Positions 63,876 through 64,000 of a stretch of 64,000 nt of DNA are shown in pieces. Location of the stretch: the IMG/VR virus record IMGVR_UViG_3300045256_000135, positions 1 through 64,000 of that record. The stretch is one strand, 5' to 3'. Source of the DNA: a virus. Within the stretch, counting starts at the first letter, position 1. Each line of letters begins with the position of its first letter. The notes beneath the pieces are model-generated. The model ran no database searches and was not told the DNA's origin. It worked only from the letters and a program-made list of their open reading frames with translations. The position numbers were made by a program, and so were the translations under genes.

Positions 63876-64000
63876 CTATGTCGAATCTGTCCGACCTAGA
63901 GACGAAGCTTAACGCGAAGATTGATGCTCACGTCTATCAGACAGCCGATGACGAATTTATTGAGGATGGTGTTGACCTTAGAGTCAGAGCACCAAACGCA

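Noticed and set aside
63878-64000. Possible large terminase N-terminus
   Set aside because: Only 41 codons are visible, with no diagnostic motif

Overview
This window looks like part of a large ('jumbo'-type) dsDNA bacteriophage genome: densely packed genes almost all on the + strand, standard genetic code, GC roughly 50-55% by eye. Several gene families suggest a myxobacterial (Myxococcota) host (inference). Order of content: (1) 1-7 kb DNA metabolism and regulation: dCTP deaminase end, SbcD/SbcC-like nuclease/ATPase, RusA-like resolvase, a divergent trigger-factor-like protein and an HTH + Cys-rich + sigma70-region-4 regulator; (2) 7-14.5, 26.8-33 and 37.8-39.4 kb large low-complexity, probably virion proteins punctuated by [KR]-x-A motifs; (3) long runs of small accessory genes, including a truncated thyX; (4) a lysis/envelope cluster at 39.4-44 kb; (5) five tRNAs (Asn-GUU, Arg-UCU, Ile-UAU, Leu-UAA, Ser-UGA); (6) dNMP kinase, pyrimidine-dimer glycosylase-like, vWA, NusG paralog, dual-specificity phosphatase and DEDD exonuclease genes. 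The most notable signals are non-coding: 11 copies of a TTGATT-N16-TATGAT-CATTGT promoter, 8 of them running straight into ATG (leaderless); a second ~65-bp dispersed element in three copies (one inverted); a single gene enclosed by a 26-bp RNA-type inverted repeat (14784-15250); and a ~390-nt, heavily base-paired non-coding region (60478-60865) that I cannot match to a known RNA class. At least seven frameshifts fall in short homopolymers and are probably sequencing errors. All calls come from reading the sequence by eye; no searches or folding programs were run.
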